Shown: positions 38,451-47,367 of the stretch, piece after piece
How the letters are laid out: every line of letters begins with the position of its first letter
How positions within the stretch are numbered: position 1 is the stretch's first letter
Assembly: GCA_963662285.2 (NCBI GenBank)
Contig: CAXXMV010000002.1
Span: 1,600,001-1,664,000, forward strand
DNA: 64,000 nucleotides
Origin: a bacterium
Lineage (GTDB): Bacteria > Hinthialibacterota > Hinthialibacteria > Hinthialibacterales > Hinthialibacteraceae
Reading direction: 5' to 3'
Made by a program: the position numbers and the translations under genes
The notes under the pieces: generated by a model
The model's input: the letters and a program-made list of their open reading frames with translations, nothing else
Databases searched by the model: none
Told to the model about the DNA's origin: nothing

Positions 38451-39370
38451 TTCCGGTCACCTTAATCACTGGATTTCTAGGCAGCGGCAAAACCACGCTG
38501 GTTAGTTGGATATACCAGCAATTTCCGGGTCGCCGCATCGTCTATCTAATCAACGAATTTTCCCAAGTTGATATTGACGGCCAACGGCTGGATATCCCCG
38601 AAAATCAACTGGTCTCCATTCCGGGAGGCAGCATCTTCTGCCGTTGTCTGGTCAGCGATTTTATCCGGGTATTACGGGAAATAGAGTCATCGGTTGATAA
38701 TCACAACCAGCCGCCGGAGCAAGTGGTTATCGAAGCCAGCGGCATTTCCGACCCCAACATCATTCAACAACTATTGTGTGAAACAAAACTGGATAACAAT
38801 TATTTCCTGCAACGAATCGTCTGCATCATCGATCCGGGAACCTTTTACAAACTGATTCATACTCTGCCCAATATCATCAGGCAAGTCGAAGCCAGCAATA
38901 CCATTATAATCAACAAGACCGACATGTATGATGAAGAAACTATACAAGGCGCCGAAGAAGAAATACGTAAAATCAATCCCAAGGCCGCGTTGATAAAGAC
39001 CACATACTGCCAAGGCCTGATCGATCTATTCAGCGATACTGAAACCGGGGAACTTTCCGGTGAATACGCACTATGCCGCGACCCCAATTACGCCAGCGTC
39101 GCCTTGCTGCATGAGCATCCACTGGATTGGCGTAAACTTAAACAGGATATCGAAAACCTTCCTGGCGCAGTCTACCGCGTCAAAGGATATGTCGCTACTC
39201 AAGACAACACTCTTGATATCGACTATGCCGCGGATACATGGACTGAAAAAATTACAGAAAACCACCCCCAAACTAATCAAACCAAGTTAGCGGTAATTGT
39301 CGAAGGCCGCTGTGAAATGTCGCTCAACCTGATCCTCTCCAAGTTAAAGCAAAATGCCTACAATTCTTAA
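38447..39370 (+). CDS. CobW/COG0523 GTPase metallochaperone
   Basis: ITGFLGSGKTT, NEF, GSIFCRC, IEASG, INKTD, YRVKG; ATGA overlap with the upstream gene. Confidence 0.9.
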   Translation: MIPVTLITGFLGSGKTTLVSWIYQQFPGRRIVYLINEFSQVDIDGQRLDIPENQLVSIPGGSIFCRCLVSDFIRVLREIESSVDNHNQPPEQVVIEASGISDPNIIQQLLCETKLDNNYFLQRIVCIIDPGTFYKLIHTLPNIIRQVEASNTIIINKTDMYDEETIQGAEEEIRKINPKAALIKTTYCQGLIDLFSDTETGELSGEYALCRDPNYASVALLHEHPLDWRKLKQDIENLPGAVYRVKGYVATQDNTLDIDYAADTWTEKITENHPQTNQTKLAVIVEGRCEMSLNLILSKLKQNAYNS

Positions 39371-39385
39371 TTCTCACCTATGCAC

Positions 39386-39422
39386 AAAAAAAAGTCCCCT
39401 CTCCCGGCGGGAAAGGGGACTT
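39386..39422 (-). terminator. Terminator hairpin with a family D-like core
   Basis: A-tract + GTCCCCTCTCCCGGCGGGAAAGGGGAC; near-identical core at 57192-57216. Confidence 0.7.
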
Positions 39423-39434
39423 GGTTATGAAACG

Positions 39435-40334
39435 TTATTGGGCATTGCGTAATCCACGGCCATGATCTTTGCGTGCTTGCAGTTCTTGGACCTGTTCATC
39501 GGTGAGTACTTTTTTGATTGCTTCGCGCATTTCGTTGGATATGTCCTGGCGAATATCTTTGATCTTTTCAATCTGCTCAGCGGTTAGATCTAGTCCGCGC
39601 AAAGCCATTCCTGGATATCCACCTTGAGCTGCATCGCCGCGACCGTGACCCTGGCCTCTGGCTTCACTCTGGGCGAAGTTGCCGCCTCGCGCCCTGCGTC
39701 CCTGTCCTTTACCTTGAACTGCGCAATCGCGACCGTGACCCTGACCTCTGGTTTCACTCAGGGCGAAGTTGCCGCCTCGCGCCCTGCGTCCCTGTCCTTT
39801 ACCTTGAACTGCGCAATCGCGACCGGGACCCTGACCTCTGGTTTCACTCTGGGCGAAGTTGCCGCCTCGCGCCCTGCGTCCCTGTCCTTTACCTTGAACT
39901 GCGCAATCGCGACCGTGACCCTGGCCTCTGGTTTCACTCAGGGCGAAGTTGCCGCCTCGCGCCCTGCGGCCTTGACCTCTAAATTCTTTCATTTTTTCAA
40001 TTTGTTCGTCGGTTAGGTTGAGTCCACGCATTCCCATTCCACGATGTTGTCCTTGTGCTGAATCTTCGTTGTCGAATCCAGGTCCTTTAGGGCCTCGTGG
40101 AGCAAAGTTGCCGCCGCGTCCCATGCGTCCCTGGCCTCTAAGTTCCTGCAATTTTTCAATCTGTTCGTCGGTCAGGTCGAGCGCTTTAATCATGTGTTCG
40201 AATTGTGTATCGGTTCTGTTGTCGATTGATTGAGACGGTTTCGCATTTACATCCTGCGCATAAGTTGCTGGTCCTGCAGCCATGATTCCAATGATGCTGG
40301 CGGTGATAATAGTAAAGAATTGATGAAGTTTCAT
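39435..40334 (-). CDS. Spy/CpxP-like (LTxxQ) exported protein with Gly/Arg-rich repeat insert
   Basis: Signal peptide; LDLTDEQ, LNLTDEQ, LDLTAEQ, VLTDEQ. Confidence 0.75.
   Translation of the reverse strand: MKLHQFFTIITASIIGIMAAGPATYAQDVNAKPSQSIDNRTDTQFEHMIKALDLTDEQIEKLQELRGQGRMGRGGNFAPRGPKGPGFDNEDSAQGQHRGMGMRGLNLTDEQIEKMKEFRGQGRRARGGNFALSETRGQGHGRDCAVQGKGQGRRARGGNFAQSETRGQGPGRDCAVQGKGQGRRARGGNFALSETRGQGHGRDCAVQGKGQGRRARGGNFAQSEARGQGHGRGDAAQGGYPGMALRGLDLTAEQIEKIKDIRQDISNEMREAIKKVLTDEQVQELQARKDHGRGLRNAQ
39638..39977 (-). repeat. In-frame 90-bp tandem repeat (nearly four units)
   Basis: GTTGCCGCCTCGCGCCCTGCG recurs at 39678, 39768, 39858 and 39948. Confidence 0.92.
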
Positions 40335-40586
40335 TGTCTTTTACCTTTCGCTACTCGCTATTGTATGTAATTTCGTTTGATGCTTCATTGAGTACAACGA
40401 AGAGGGAAGGGCATTTATTGAGGAGAATTTTTTTTTATGTTTAATAATAAAAAACCAATCTAATATATTCATTGGATTGGTTTGAAGATAGCGTTATAAT
40501 CGGCGTTTCCAAAAAGCGAAAAAATTGGCTTTTTTGAATACCAAACGTGATAATAAACGAATAAATATTTGCAGACTGCTCGTATT

Positions 40587-43500
40587 CTAATAAGACAGCG
40601 TTTCTTCGGGGTTGGATAATTTTTTGATTGATGGTTCAAGTTTTACATGATTTTTGATGCCTACTATCTTTTTGAAATCTTCCACGATCAGATAAAGAGC
40701 GGGAACCAGTAACAGAGCGATTAAGGTAGCGAACATGATTCCATAACCAAGCGCGATGGCCATGGGGATCAGGAATCTGGCTTGTACGGAGGTTTCCATA
40801 ATCATGGGCATCAGGCCGAAGAAAGTTGTAAACGATGTTAACATAATTGGTCTTAAACGCCGTTTGCCCGCATAGGTGATGGCTTCAAGAGGAGTTTCGC
40901 CTTTGTCGCGCGCTCCGTTAGCGGCATGAACCAATACCAGTGAATCGTTGACGACAACGCCGCTCAGCGCCACAGTTCCCATCATACTGACAAAACTCAG
41001 GTCATACCCCATGATAACGTGTCCGATAACCACGCCAACCATACCAAAAGGGATGGAGAACATGACGATTATGGGTTGAATGTAACTCCTGAAGGGAATG
41101 GCCAGCATAGCGAAAATTACGATTTGCGCCAAAAGGAATCCGGTTAAGATGCTGCTCATGGATTCGTTTTGTTCGCGTTGCTCTCCTTCGAGCGAATAGC
41201 TTAAACCGGGATAACGACCCAGGATGCCCGGCAGTATATCACGCTGCACATCTGCAATAACCTTGTCTGCATTGGCGACGCCATAAACAATGTCACCAGT
41301 AACGTTAACCACTCTGTGTCCATCAGTGCGGTTGATGCGGGTGTAGGCGCGTCCCAGTTCTATTTCGGCAGCTTCTGTAAGTGGAATCTCGCCGCCCTGT
41401 GGGGTGCGGATCAGGAAATCCTCTATATTAAATATTGATTCACGCTCCGCTTCTGGCAGGCGAACCATGATCCAGATTTCTTCTCGTCCCCTTTGTTGCC
41501 GAAAGGCGCGTGATCCGTAAAAGGCGCTACGCACCTGACGGGCCAGGTCGGAAGCGGTCAGGCCCAGGCTCTGGGCTTCAGGTTTAATCTTCATGTCAAA
41601 CTGAGGCTTACCAACCTCAAAGCCATCATCAATGTCTTTAACTCCATTAAATATCTCCAGAGATTTAGCCAGTTCGGCTGCGGCGCTGCGTAATACGTTT
41701 ATATCGGGATGACTCAATTCGATATCAATGGGCGCTCCAGCTGAAGGTCCCGCGGAATATTTAAAGGTAAGCGTCTCCAAGCCGGGTATATTTCCAACCT
41801 CTTCGCGCCATTCTTCGGAGAATTGCTTGGCAGATAGATCGCGTAAGTCGCTATCCACCAGAAAAACCTGCACGCTGGCCAAGTGGCTTTTAGAACCACC
41901 TATGCTAACTGGATCCCCGGTCAAACCACCCGAAAATGGATTGCCGCCTATAAAGGTCATAACGCCGCGTTTGATTCTATCTCCACCGTGGTTTTCGATG
42001 ATCTGTTCGGCGGCAATGAGCATTTTATCAAGGACTTTTTTAGTCTCTTCGACCGGGCTGCCATAGGGAAGAACGGCGTCAGCCGTAATGGTATCGCTGT
42101 CTACCCGTGGGAAGAAGTTGAAATTAATATGCCCGGCAGCGACAAATCCACCAGTCATAGTCAGCACCGCAAGACCAATTGCCAGAGTCAGATAACGGTT
42201 TCTAAGCGTGACGTTCAATAACGGGTCGTATAGGTAATCAATGAATTTTTGTAGAGCGCTAGCGAAGAATCCCTGAATGTAGGAGATGAGTTTAAAAATT
42301 CCTTTGGGCGTCCAGGGTTTGGAATGACCGAGATGCGATGGCAGCACGAACAATGATTCGAACCACGATATGCCAAAGACGGATACAACGATAATGGGAA
42401 TGACGAAAAAGAATTTTCCGGTTACTCCGGGCACAAACATAAGGGGCATAAATGCCGCCATGTTGGTTAGAATAGAAAAGGTAACTGGAACCGCCACCTC
42501 CCGTGCGCCAAGAATAGCCGCTTCAACGTAGTTATAACCCCGTTGGCGAAATTCATAGATGTTTTCGCCGACCACAACGGCATCATCAACCACAATTCCC
42601 AGAGTGACGATGAATGCGAAGAGCGATATCATGTTGACCGTCACATCAAATACCGGAAATAACAGGAACGAACCTAGGATTGATATAGGGATGCCCATGG
42701 TTACCCAGAAGGCCAGGCGGATTTCGAGGAAAATCCCCAGGATCAGCAACACTAGAACTAATCCTAATCCAGCATTACGCAGAAGAAGGTTCAAACGTCC
42801 TTCGTATATTTCCGCTGAATCGAGCCATGTGGTGACTCCGATAGTCGATGGTAGAGTTTGTTTTAATTCTTCGGCGTAATCTTTGGCTTTTTGAGATATC
42901 TCTATAGGCGTCTGATCGCCGGTGCGGAAGACGGCGACTCGTACCGCTGGTTTGCCATTACAATAAGCAGCCTGATCTGTATCGCGGAAACCATCAATGA
43001 TGGTGGCGATATCGGAAAGAACCACATGAGTTCCATCAGCCCGGCTGACCAGGGGGATATTGGCGAATTGGCTGCCGAAGTCGCGCCGTTCAGCAGTTCG
43101 AATCAGCACTTCTCCTCCGGGGGTTTTAACGCTTCCACCGGGTAATTCAATGGCAGTGCTTGCAACCTTATGGGCGATTTGATCCAAAGTCAGGTTGTAG
43201 GTGCGCAGTTTTTCCTGGGAGACTTCGATGCTGATTTCCAGGGGTCTAACGCCGCCCAGTTCAACTTGGGTTACGCCAGGTTTTTTCAGCATTTCCAGGC
43301 GTACCGATTCGCCTAATTGACGCAGTTCGCTTTCATCCACGTCTCCATACAGGATAATGGAAATTACTTCACGGCGCATAGTTAAAAGACTTACGATGGG
43401 TCGCTCGGCGTCTTGTGGAAAAGAGGTAATCCGGTCGACGGCGTTCTTAACATCCTGCAGCGCCTTATTCTTGTTGGCGTTAGTCTCTAATTCAGTAAGA

Positions 43501-43793
43501 ACGATGCCGGAGCCTTCCACTGCAATCGATTGCACCTTCTTGATTCCATCCAGTCCTCGAACTCCTTCTTCAATGGCCAGAATAATGCCTTGTTCGACTT
43601 CAGCTGGACTGGCGCCGGGATATGCTACGGAGGTTTGGATGTAATCTATCTCAAATTCAGGAAAAACTTCCTGTTTTACCTGTAATGCGAAAAGTAATCC
43701 ACCAACCAGCAAAATTATCATAAATAGGTTGGCGGCCACAGAATTCTGCGCCATCCAGGCGATGGGGCCTTTCAATTCACGGGTGCGTTTCAT
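40587..43793 (-). CDS. RND efflux permease (AcrB/AcrD/AcrF family)
   Basis: YPGASPAEVE, LGIVVDDAVVVGEN, GVVVNDSLVL, RLRPIMLTS. Confidence 0.95.
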   Translation of the reverse strand: MKRTRELKGPIAWMAQNSVAANLFMIILLVGGLLFALQVKQEVFPEFEIDYIQTSVAYPGASPAEVEQGIILAIEEGVRGLDGIKKVQSIAVEGSGIVLTELETNANKNKALQDVKNAVDRITSFPQDAERPIVSLLTMRREVISIILYGDVDESELRQLGESVRLEMLKKPGVTQVELGGVRPLEISIEVSQEKLRTYNLTLDQIAHKVASTAIELPGGSVKTPGGEVLIRTAERRDFGSQFANIPLVSRADGTHVVLSDIATIIDGFRDTDQAAYCNGKPAVRVAVFRTGDQTPIEISQKAKDYAEELKQTLPSTIGVTTWLDSAEIYEGRLNLLLRNAGLGLVLVLLILGIFLEIRLAFWVTMGIPISILGSFLLFPVFDVTVNMISLFAFIVTLGIVVDDAVVVGENIYEFRQRGYNYVEAAILGAREVAVPVTFSILTNMAAFMPLMFVPGVTGKFFFVIPIIVVSVFGISWFESLFVLPSHLGHSKPWTPKGIFKLISYIQGFFASALQKFIDYLYDPLLNVTLRNRYLTLAIGLAVLTMTGGFVAAGHINFNFFPRVDSDTITADAVLPYGSPVEETKKVLDKMLIAAEQIIENHGGDRIKRGVMTFIGGNPFSGGLTGDPVSIGGSKSHLASVQVFLVDSDLRDLSAKQFSEEWREEVGNIPGLETLTFKYSAGPSAGAPIDIELSHPDINVLRSAAAELAKSLEIFNGVKDIDDGFEVGKPQFDMKIKPEAQSLGLTASDLARQVRSAFYGSRAFRQQRGREEIWIMVRLPEAERESIFNIEDFLIRTPQGGEIPLTEAAEIELGRAYTRINRTDGHRVVNVTGDIVYGVANADKVIADVQRDILPGILGRYPGLSYSLEGEQREQNESMSSILTGFLLAQIVIFAMLAIPFRSYIQPIIVMFSIPFGMVGVVIGHVIMGYDLSFVSMMGTVALSGVVVNDSLVLVHAANGARDKGETPLEAITYAGKRRLRPIMLTSFTTFFGLMPMIMETSVQARFLIPMAIALGYGIMFATLIALLLVPALYLIVEDFKKIVGIKNHVKLEPSIKKLSNPEETLSY

Positions 43794-45055
43794 TATTTGT
43801 TCTCCTCATTAGCAGCCGATCCATCACTAGATTGAGGAGGGGTTGAGATGGCGCTTTTAATATCCTGGCTTACAGTTTGCAATATAGTCCCAGGAATAGG
43901 AGTAGAGATATTGTTGGTTATGATGCTCTCGCCATCTTTGATATCACCCTGGATTATAACCTGGTCTTCATAACTTCTGAGAACTTCAATCCGGCGAATT
44001 TCCAACTGATTATTTTGATCGATAATCCAAACCTTGTCGCCCTCACGAAGAGCTTTCCAGGGGATGGATATAACGTCATTCATCATTTTTCCTTCAATTT
44101 TCACTCTGACATAATCATCAAGCAGAAGGGGCATTAAATCTTCAGCAGATTCCGCTTTAAGATTAAGAGGATCATCAATAGCCACCAGCAGTCGCGCCAT
44201 TCGTCCGGTAGTTTCCAAACCGCTCAACAAGCGTACGACGCGACCGCGCCATTCAACCGACTTGCCTTGGCCCAGGTTGCGCGTAACGTAAACCTCGGCG
44301 CCTTGAGAACCATCCTGGTTGGGCAAGGGAATCCAGGGCAAATCTTTGACATGTACGGAAACCTGCACCCAATACTGATCGGTTCCAATTAATGTGGCGA
44401 TTGTGCTTTGGGGATTAAGCACCTGCCCGGGATCAACGAATTCAGTTTGGATAATAGCATTGAAAGGAGCGCTGATAGTGGTGCGTTGCAAGTCGAGTTT
44501 AGCTTCATCAAGACTGCTGCTGGCGCCGGATAATGAGGCCTGGGCTTTTTGTAGATGAGGTATGCGCAGGGCTAAACTGCGCCCGGCTTCGGTGGTTTCA
44601 ACTTGTGAGCCAAGCAGTTTCCATTCACGTTCAGCGATGGCTTTGCGGCCTTCCTCTTCGGTGAGTCTGAACCTAGCTTCTTCGAGTAGGGCTTTCTGTC
44701 TTTCCAGGGCGTATTGATAATCCCGTGGATCAATGCGAACCATGACATCGCCTTTGGTCAAGCGTCCACCGGGAACCAGGTTGGGATTCTGATAAACAAT
44801 TCGTCCGCTGACTTCCGGGCGTAGTTCAATTTGCTGAGCCGGTTTTACTGAACCGTTGGTAGATATGATTATTTTTTCATTGGTGCTTTTTGCAATGATA
44901 ACCTCAACCAGAGTTGGTGGATTCTCAATCTGCTTTTTAGCTGCGGTCGGTTTGGTTTTGATCAAATATATAGTTATGGCGGCTCCACCAGCCAGTACGG
45001 CAAGAGGTAATAGAACTTTGAAAAGTATCTTAAATATTATCTTAATGAACTGCAT
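43793..45055 (-). CDS. RND periplasmic adaptor (membrane fusion protein)
   Basis: PEVSGRI, RIDPRDY, LQRTTISAPF. Confidence 0.92.
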   Translation of the reverse strand: MQFIKIIFKILFKVLLPLAVLAGGAAITIYLIKTKPTAAKKQIENPPTLVEVIIAKSTNEKIIISTNGSVKPAQQIELRPEVSGRIVYQNPNLVPGGRLTKGDVMVRIDPRDYQYALERQKALLEEARFRLTEEEGRKAIAEREWKLLGSQVETTEAGRSLALRIPHLQKAQASLSGASSSLDEAKLDLQRTTISAPFNAIIQTEFVDPGQVLNPQSTIATLIGTDQYWVQVSVHVKDLPWIPLPNQDGSQGAEVYVTRNLGQGKSVEWRGRVVRLLSGLETTGRMARLLVAIDDPLNLKAESAEDLMPLLLDDYVRVKIEGKMMNDVISIPWKALREGDKVWIIDQNNQLEIRRIEVLRSYEDQVIIQGDIKDGESIITNNISTPIPGTILQTVSQDIKSAISTPPQSSDGSAANEENK

Positions 45056-45118
45056 GAATATTCTCCTATTGATAAACCAGGGATTAATAGAAATCCTACG
45101 TTTTAATGTTTCTGCTTT

Positions 45119-46534
45119 TTATTGGTTATAACTTTCATCTTGTAATTCCGAGGGCCATACGCCGCCCAGAGCGCGATGTAATTGGATTCTGAAATTAATC
45201 AAATTGCGTTGCGCTTCCAGTTCGCTGCGTTCAACCTGCTGGACGGCCTGCAAAGCTGTGAGCACGGGAAGGTAGTCGCCCAGTCCGCCGACATATCTGG
45301 AACGGGTTTCAGCCAAAGTTTGGTTTGATATTTCCAACTGTTTTTGCAGACGTTCCAAGTATTCTTTCTGTTTCTGTTCCTGCGTTAAGGCGTCTTCAAC
45401 TTCTTTAATGGCGGTTAGCACAGTGTTTCCATAAGCCATTAATCTTTCTTTGACGACGGCGCGGGTTCGGTCTACTTCGGCGGAACGTCGGTCTCCATCC
45501 AGAATGGGGACTGCGATATTGGCCGCTATGGTCCATATCCAGTTGCTGAATAATTGATCCAGCTGGTCGCCTCCCAATCCGGTGCGTCCGGTGAGGGATA
45601 GTATGGGATACTTATCCGCGACCGCAGCCGCGATACGGTGATCTGCGGCGACCAGGCGTTTTTGAGCGGAACGGATATCAGGCCGACGAGTAAGTAAGTC
45701 AGACGGAACTCCAGTTTCAGGCAGTTCCGATAATTGGGGCAGGATGTCCGGTTGCTCAGGAAGTTCATACCTTGGTGAACGCCCCATCAGAACCGCCAGC
45801 TGGTGTTGAGACAAAGTTAATTGAGATTCAACTGTCGGGATTAGAGAACGGATGGATGCCAAATGGCTGCGTTGTTGATATACATCAACCGCTGAAGTCA
45901 TGCCCTGCCCGAAGCGGGATTCGGTTAAGTCCAGAAAAGTCTGACTGACCTCAATTTGACGATTGATCAGATCTAGACGCGCCCGCTTTTCGATGGCGGA
46001 AAACCATAAATCGCACAGGTTAGCGGAAAGCGAGATGGCGATGGTTTCAACATCATCACGGGTGGCCTGCCAATCCAGTTCAGACGCCTGACGGCTTGAA
46101 GCAATACGGTTCCACAGGTCGACTTCATAGGATGCGGCCAGGCTATGAGAAAAATTCGCGCTTTCATTACGGGTCTGGTTGCCGCCGAATGACATGAATG
46201 ACCGGTTGCGTTGGGCGCCAGCGTTATATGATAACTGCGGCTTGCCAGCGGCGCCTGCCTGGCGGGCGATAGCGTTGGCCTGCTCCATTCTAGCCCAAGC
46301 CATGCGCAGGTCGAAATTATCTGACATGGCGATATCGACGATCTGGTTCAAATCTTCATCGTTAAATGATTGCCACCAGCGGTCGGGCGTCTCGACCGAG
46401 CCGGACATGGCGTAATGTTCCGGCGTGATGAGTGGCGGTTCGGGTGATAGGTTAACCGTATGCAGAGTGCAAGCCTGCATAAAAACCATTAGAGATACGG
46501 CGCAAACTACAGATAAATAGCCTCTGATTTTCAT
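45119..46534 (-). CDS. Outer-membrane efflux lipoprotein (NodT/TolC family)
   Basis: Lipobox MQAC, WWQSFND..L, SYEVDLW, LLTRRPDI, RALGG; start moved to MKIRG. Confidence 0.9.
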   Translation of the reverse strand: MKIRGYLSVVCAVSLMVFMQACTLHTVNLSPEPPLITPEHYAMSGSVETPDRWWQSFNDEDLNQIVDIAMSDNFDLRMAWARMEQANAIARQAGAAGKPQLSYNAGAQRNRSFMSFGGNQTRNESANFSHSLAASYEVDLWNRIASSRQASELDWQATRDDVETIAISLSANLCDLWFSAIEKRARLDLINRQIEVSQTFLDLTESRFGQGMTSAVDVYQQRSHLASIRSLIPTVESQLTLSQHQLAVLMGRSPRYELPEQPDILPQLSELPETGVPSDLLTRRPDIRSAQKRLVAADHRIAAAVADKYPILSLTGRTGLGGDQLDQLFSNWIWTIAANIAVPILDGDRRSAEVDRTRAVVKERLMAYGNTVLTAIKEVEDALTQEQKQKEYLERLQKQLEISNQTLAETRSRYVGGLGDYLPVLTALQAVQQVERSELEAQRNLINFRIQLHRALGGVWPSELQDESYNQ

Positions 46535-46595
46535 AATTATTCCCTGTGTTTTATATAAAATAGATAAATTCAATCGTTCATCAATTAATGTTTTT

Positions 46596-47114
46596 CTAGG
46601 TCTTTGGAATATTTTCAATTTGCTCAATTTGTTGTGCGATTTTACCAAGCAGCGTTATCAAGGTAGTTTTCTCTTGATCAGAAAGACTGCTTGTCAGCCA
46701 TGCGACTCTGCGGAAATGAGTCGGAAGAATAGAATCAAGAAATGCCAGTCCCTTGTCCGTTATTTTGATTATTATTGACCGGCGGTCATTGGAAGCATGT
46801 TCTCGTTTAACTAATTCATCCCGTTCAAGGTTATCCAATAAACCAGTTACAGTGGCCCGGCTAACACCTCCGCCTTCCGCCAATTCTGAGGGGCTGACTC
46901 CATCCTTATATTTTCGATTAAGCAGCATCAAAATAGTGAAACGTCCAGTGGATATGCCTAAATCAGCAAAGTGAGATTCACCCAGGTTCATAACATCGCT
47001 GCCAACGCGCAATAGCCTAAGCATGGTTTCGATTGCTCTTGGATTAGCATCAGGATATCTTGCAGCGAGTTGGTCTATTTCTTCTGAACTAGGTATGTCT
47101 TGAAGAGTGAACAT
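46596..47114 (-). CDS. MarR-family transcriptional regulator
   Basis: PSELAE...VSRATVTGLLDNLE...V.R....DRR....ITDKG. Confidence 0.92.
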   Translation of the reverse strand: MFTLQDIPSSEEIDQLAARYPDANPRAIETMLRLLRVGSDVMNLGESHFADLGISTGRFTILMLLNRKYKDGVSPSELAEGGGVSRATVTGLLDNLERDELVKREHASNDRRSIIIKITDKGLAFLDSILPTHFRRVAWLTSSLSDQEKTTLITLLGKIAQQIEQIENIPKT

Positions 47115-47122
47115 TTAGATTA

Positions 47123-47178
47123 AGTTAGCCTCCTAACTATTATGTGCCTAATTGTAAGTGACCTGACTATTTTGTCAA
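47123..47178 (-). promoter_or_regulatory. Sigma-70-like promoter overlapped by three phased candidate MarR operators
   Basis: Minus strand TTGACA (47178-47173)-N16-TACAAT (47156-47151); AGTTAG-N4-CTAACT at 47123-47138 with degenerate copies at 47138-47153 and 47153-47168. Confidence 0.7.
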
Positions 47179-47305
47179 GGAAAAAGTTCTCGATTTTTTG
47201 AGTTATTTACCGCATGTAAGTGGTATTGCTTGCAAGTATTTTATTTGTATAGACTTAATTGATTAGGTATAAACTGTTCAGGAAAAAATTCAGCATTAAA
47301 ATAAT

Positions 47306-47336
47306 CAGGGATAACCCAAAACTCGGATTATCCCTG
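47306..47336 (-). terminator. Hairpin downstream of the CotH gene
   Basis: GGGATAA...TTATCCCTGA. Confidence 0.5.
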
Positions 47337-47367
47337 AGAGAATTCAATAAATTAGGAAGATACCAAA

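Noticed and set aside
40587-40620. RND C-terminus EETLSY as a motif carrier
   Set aside because: Inner-membrane protein; only the terminal Tyr matches.
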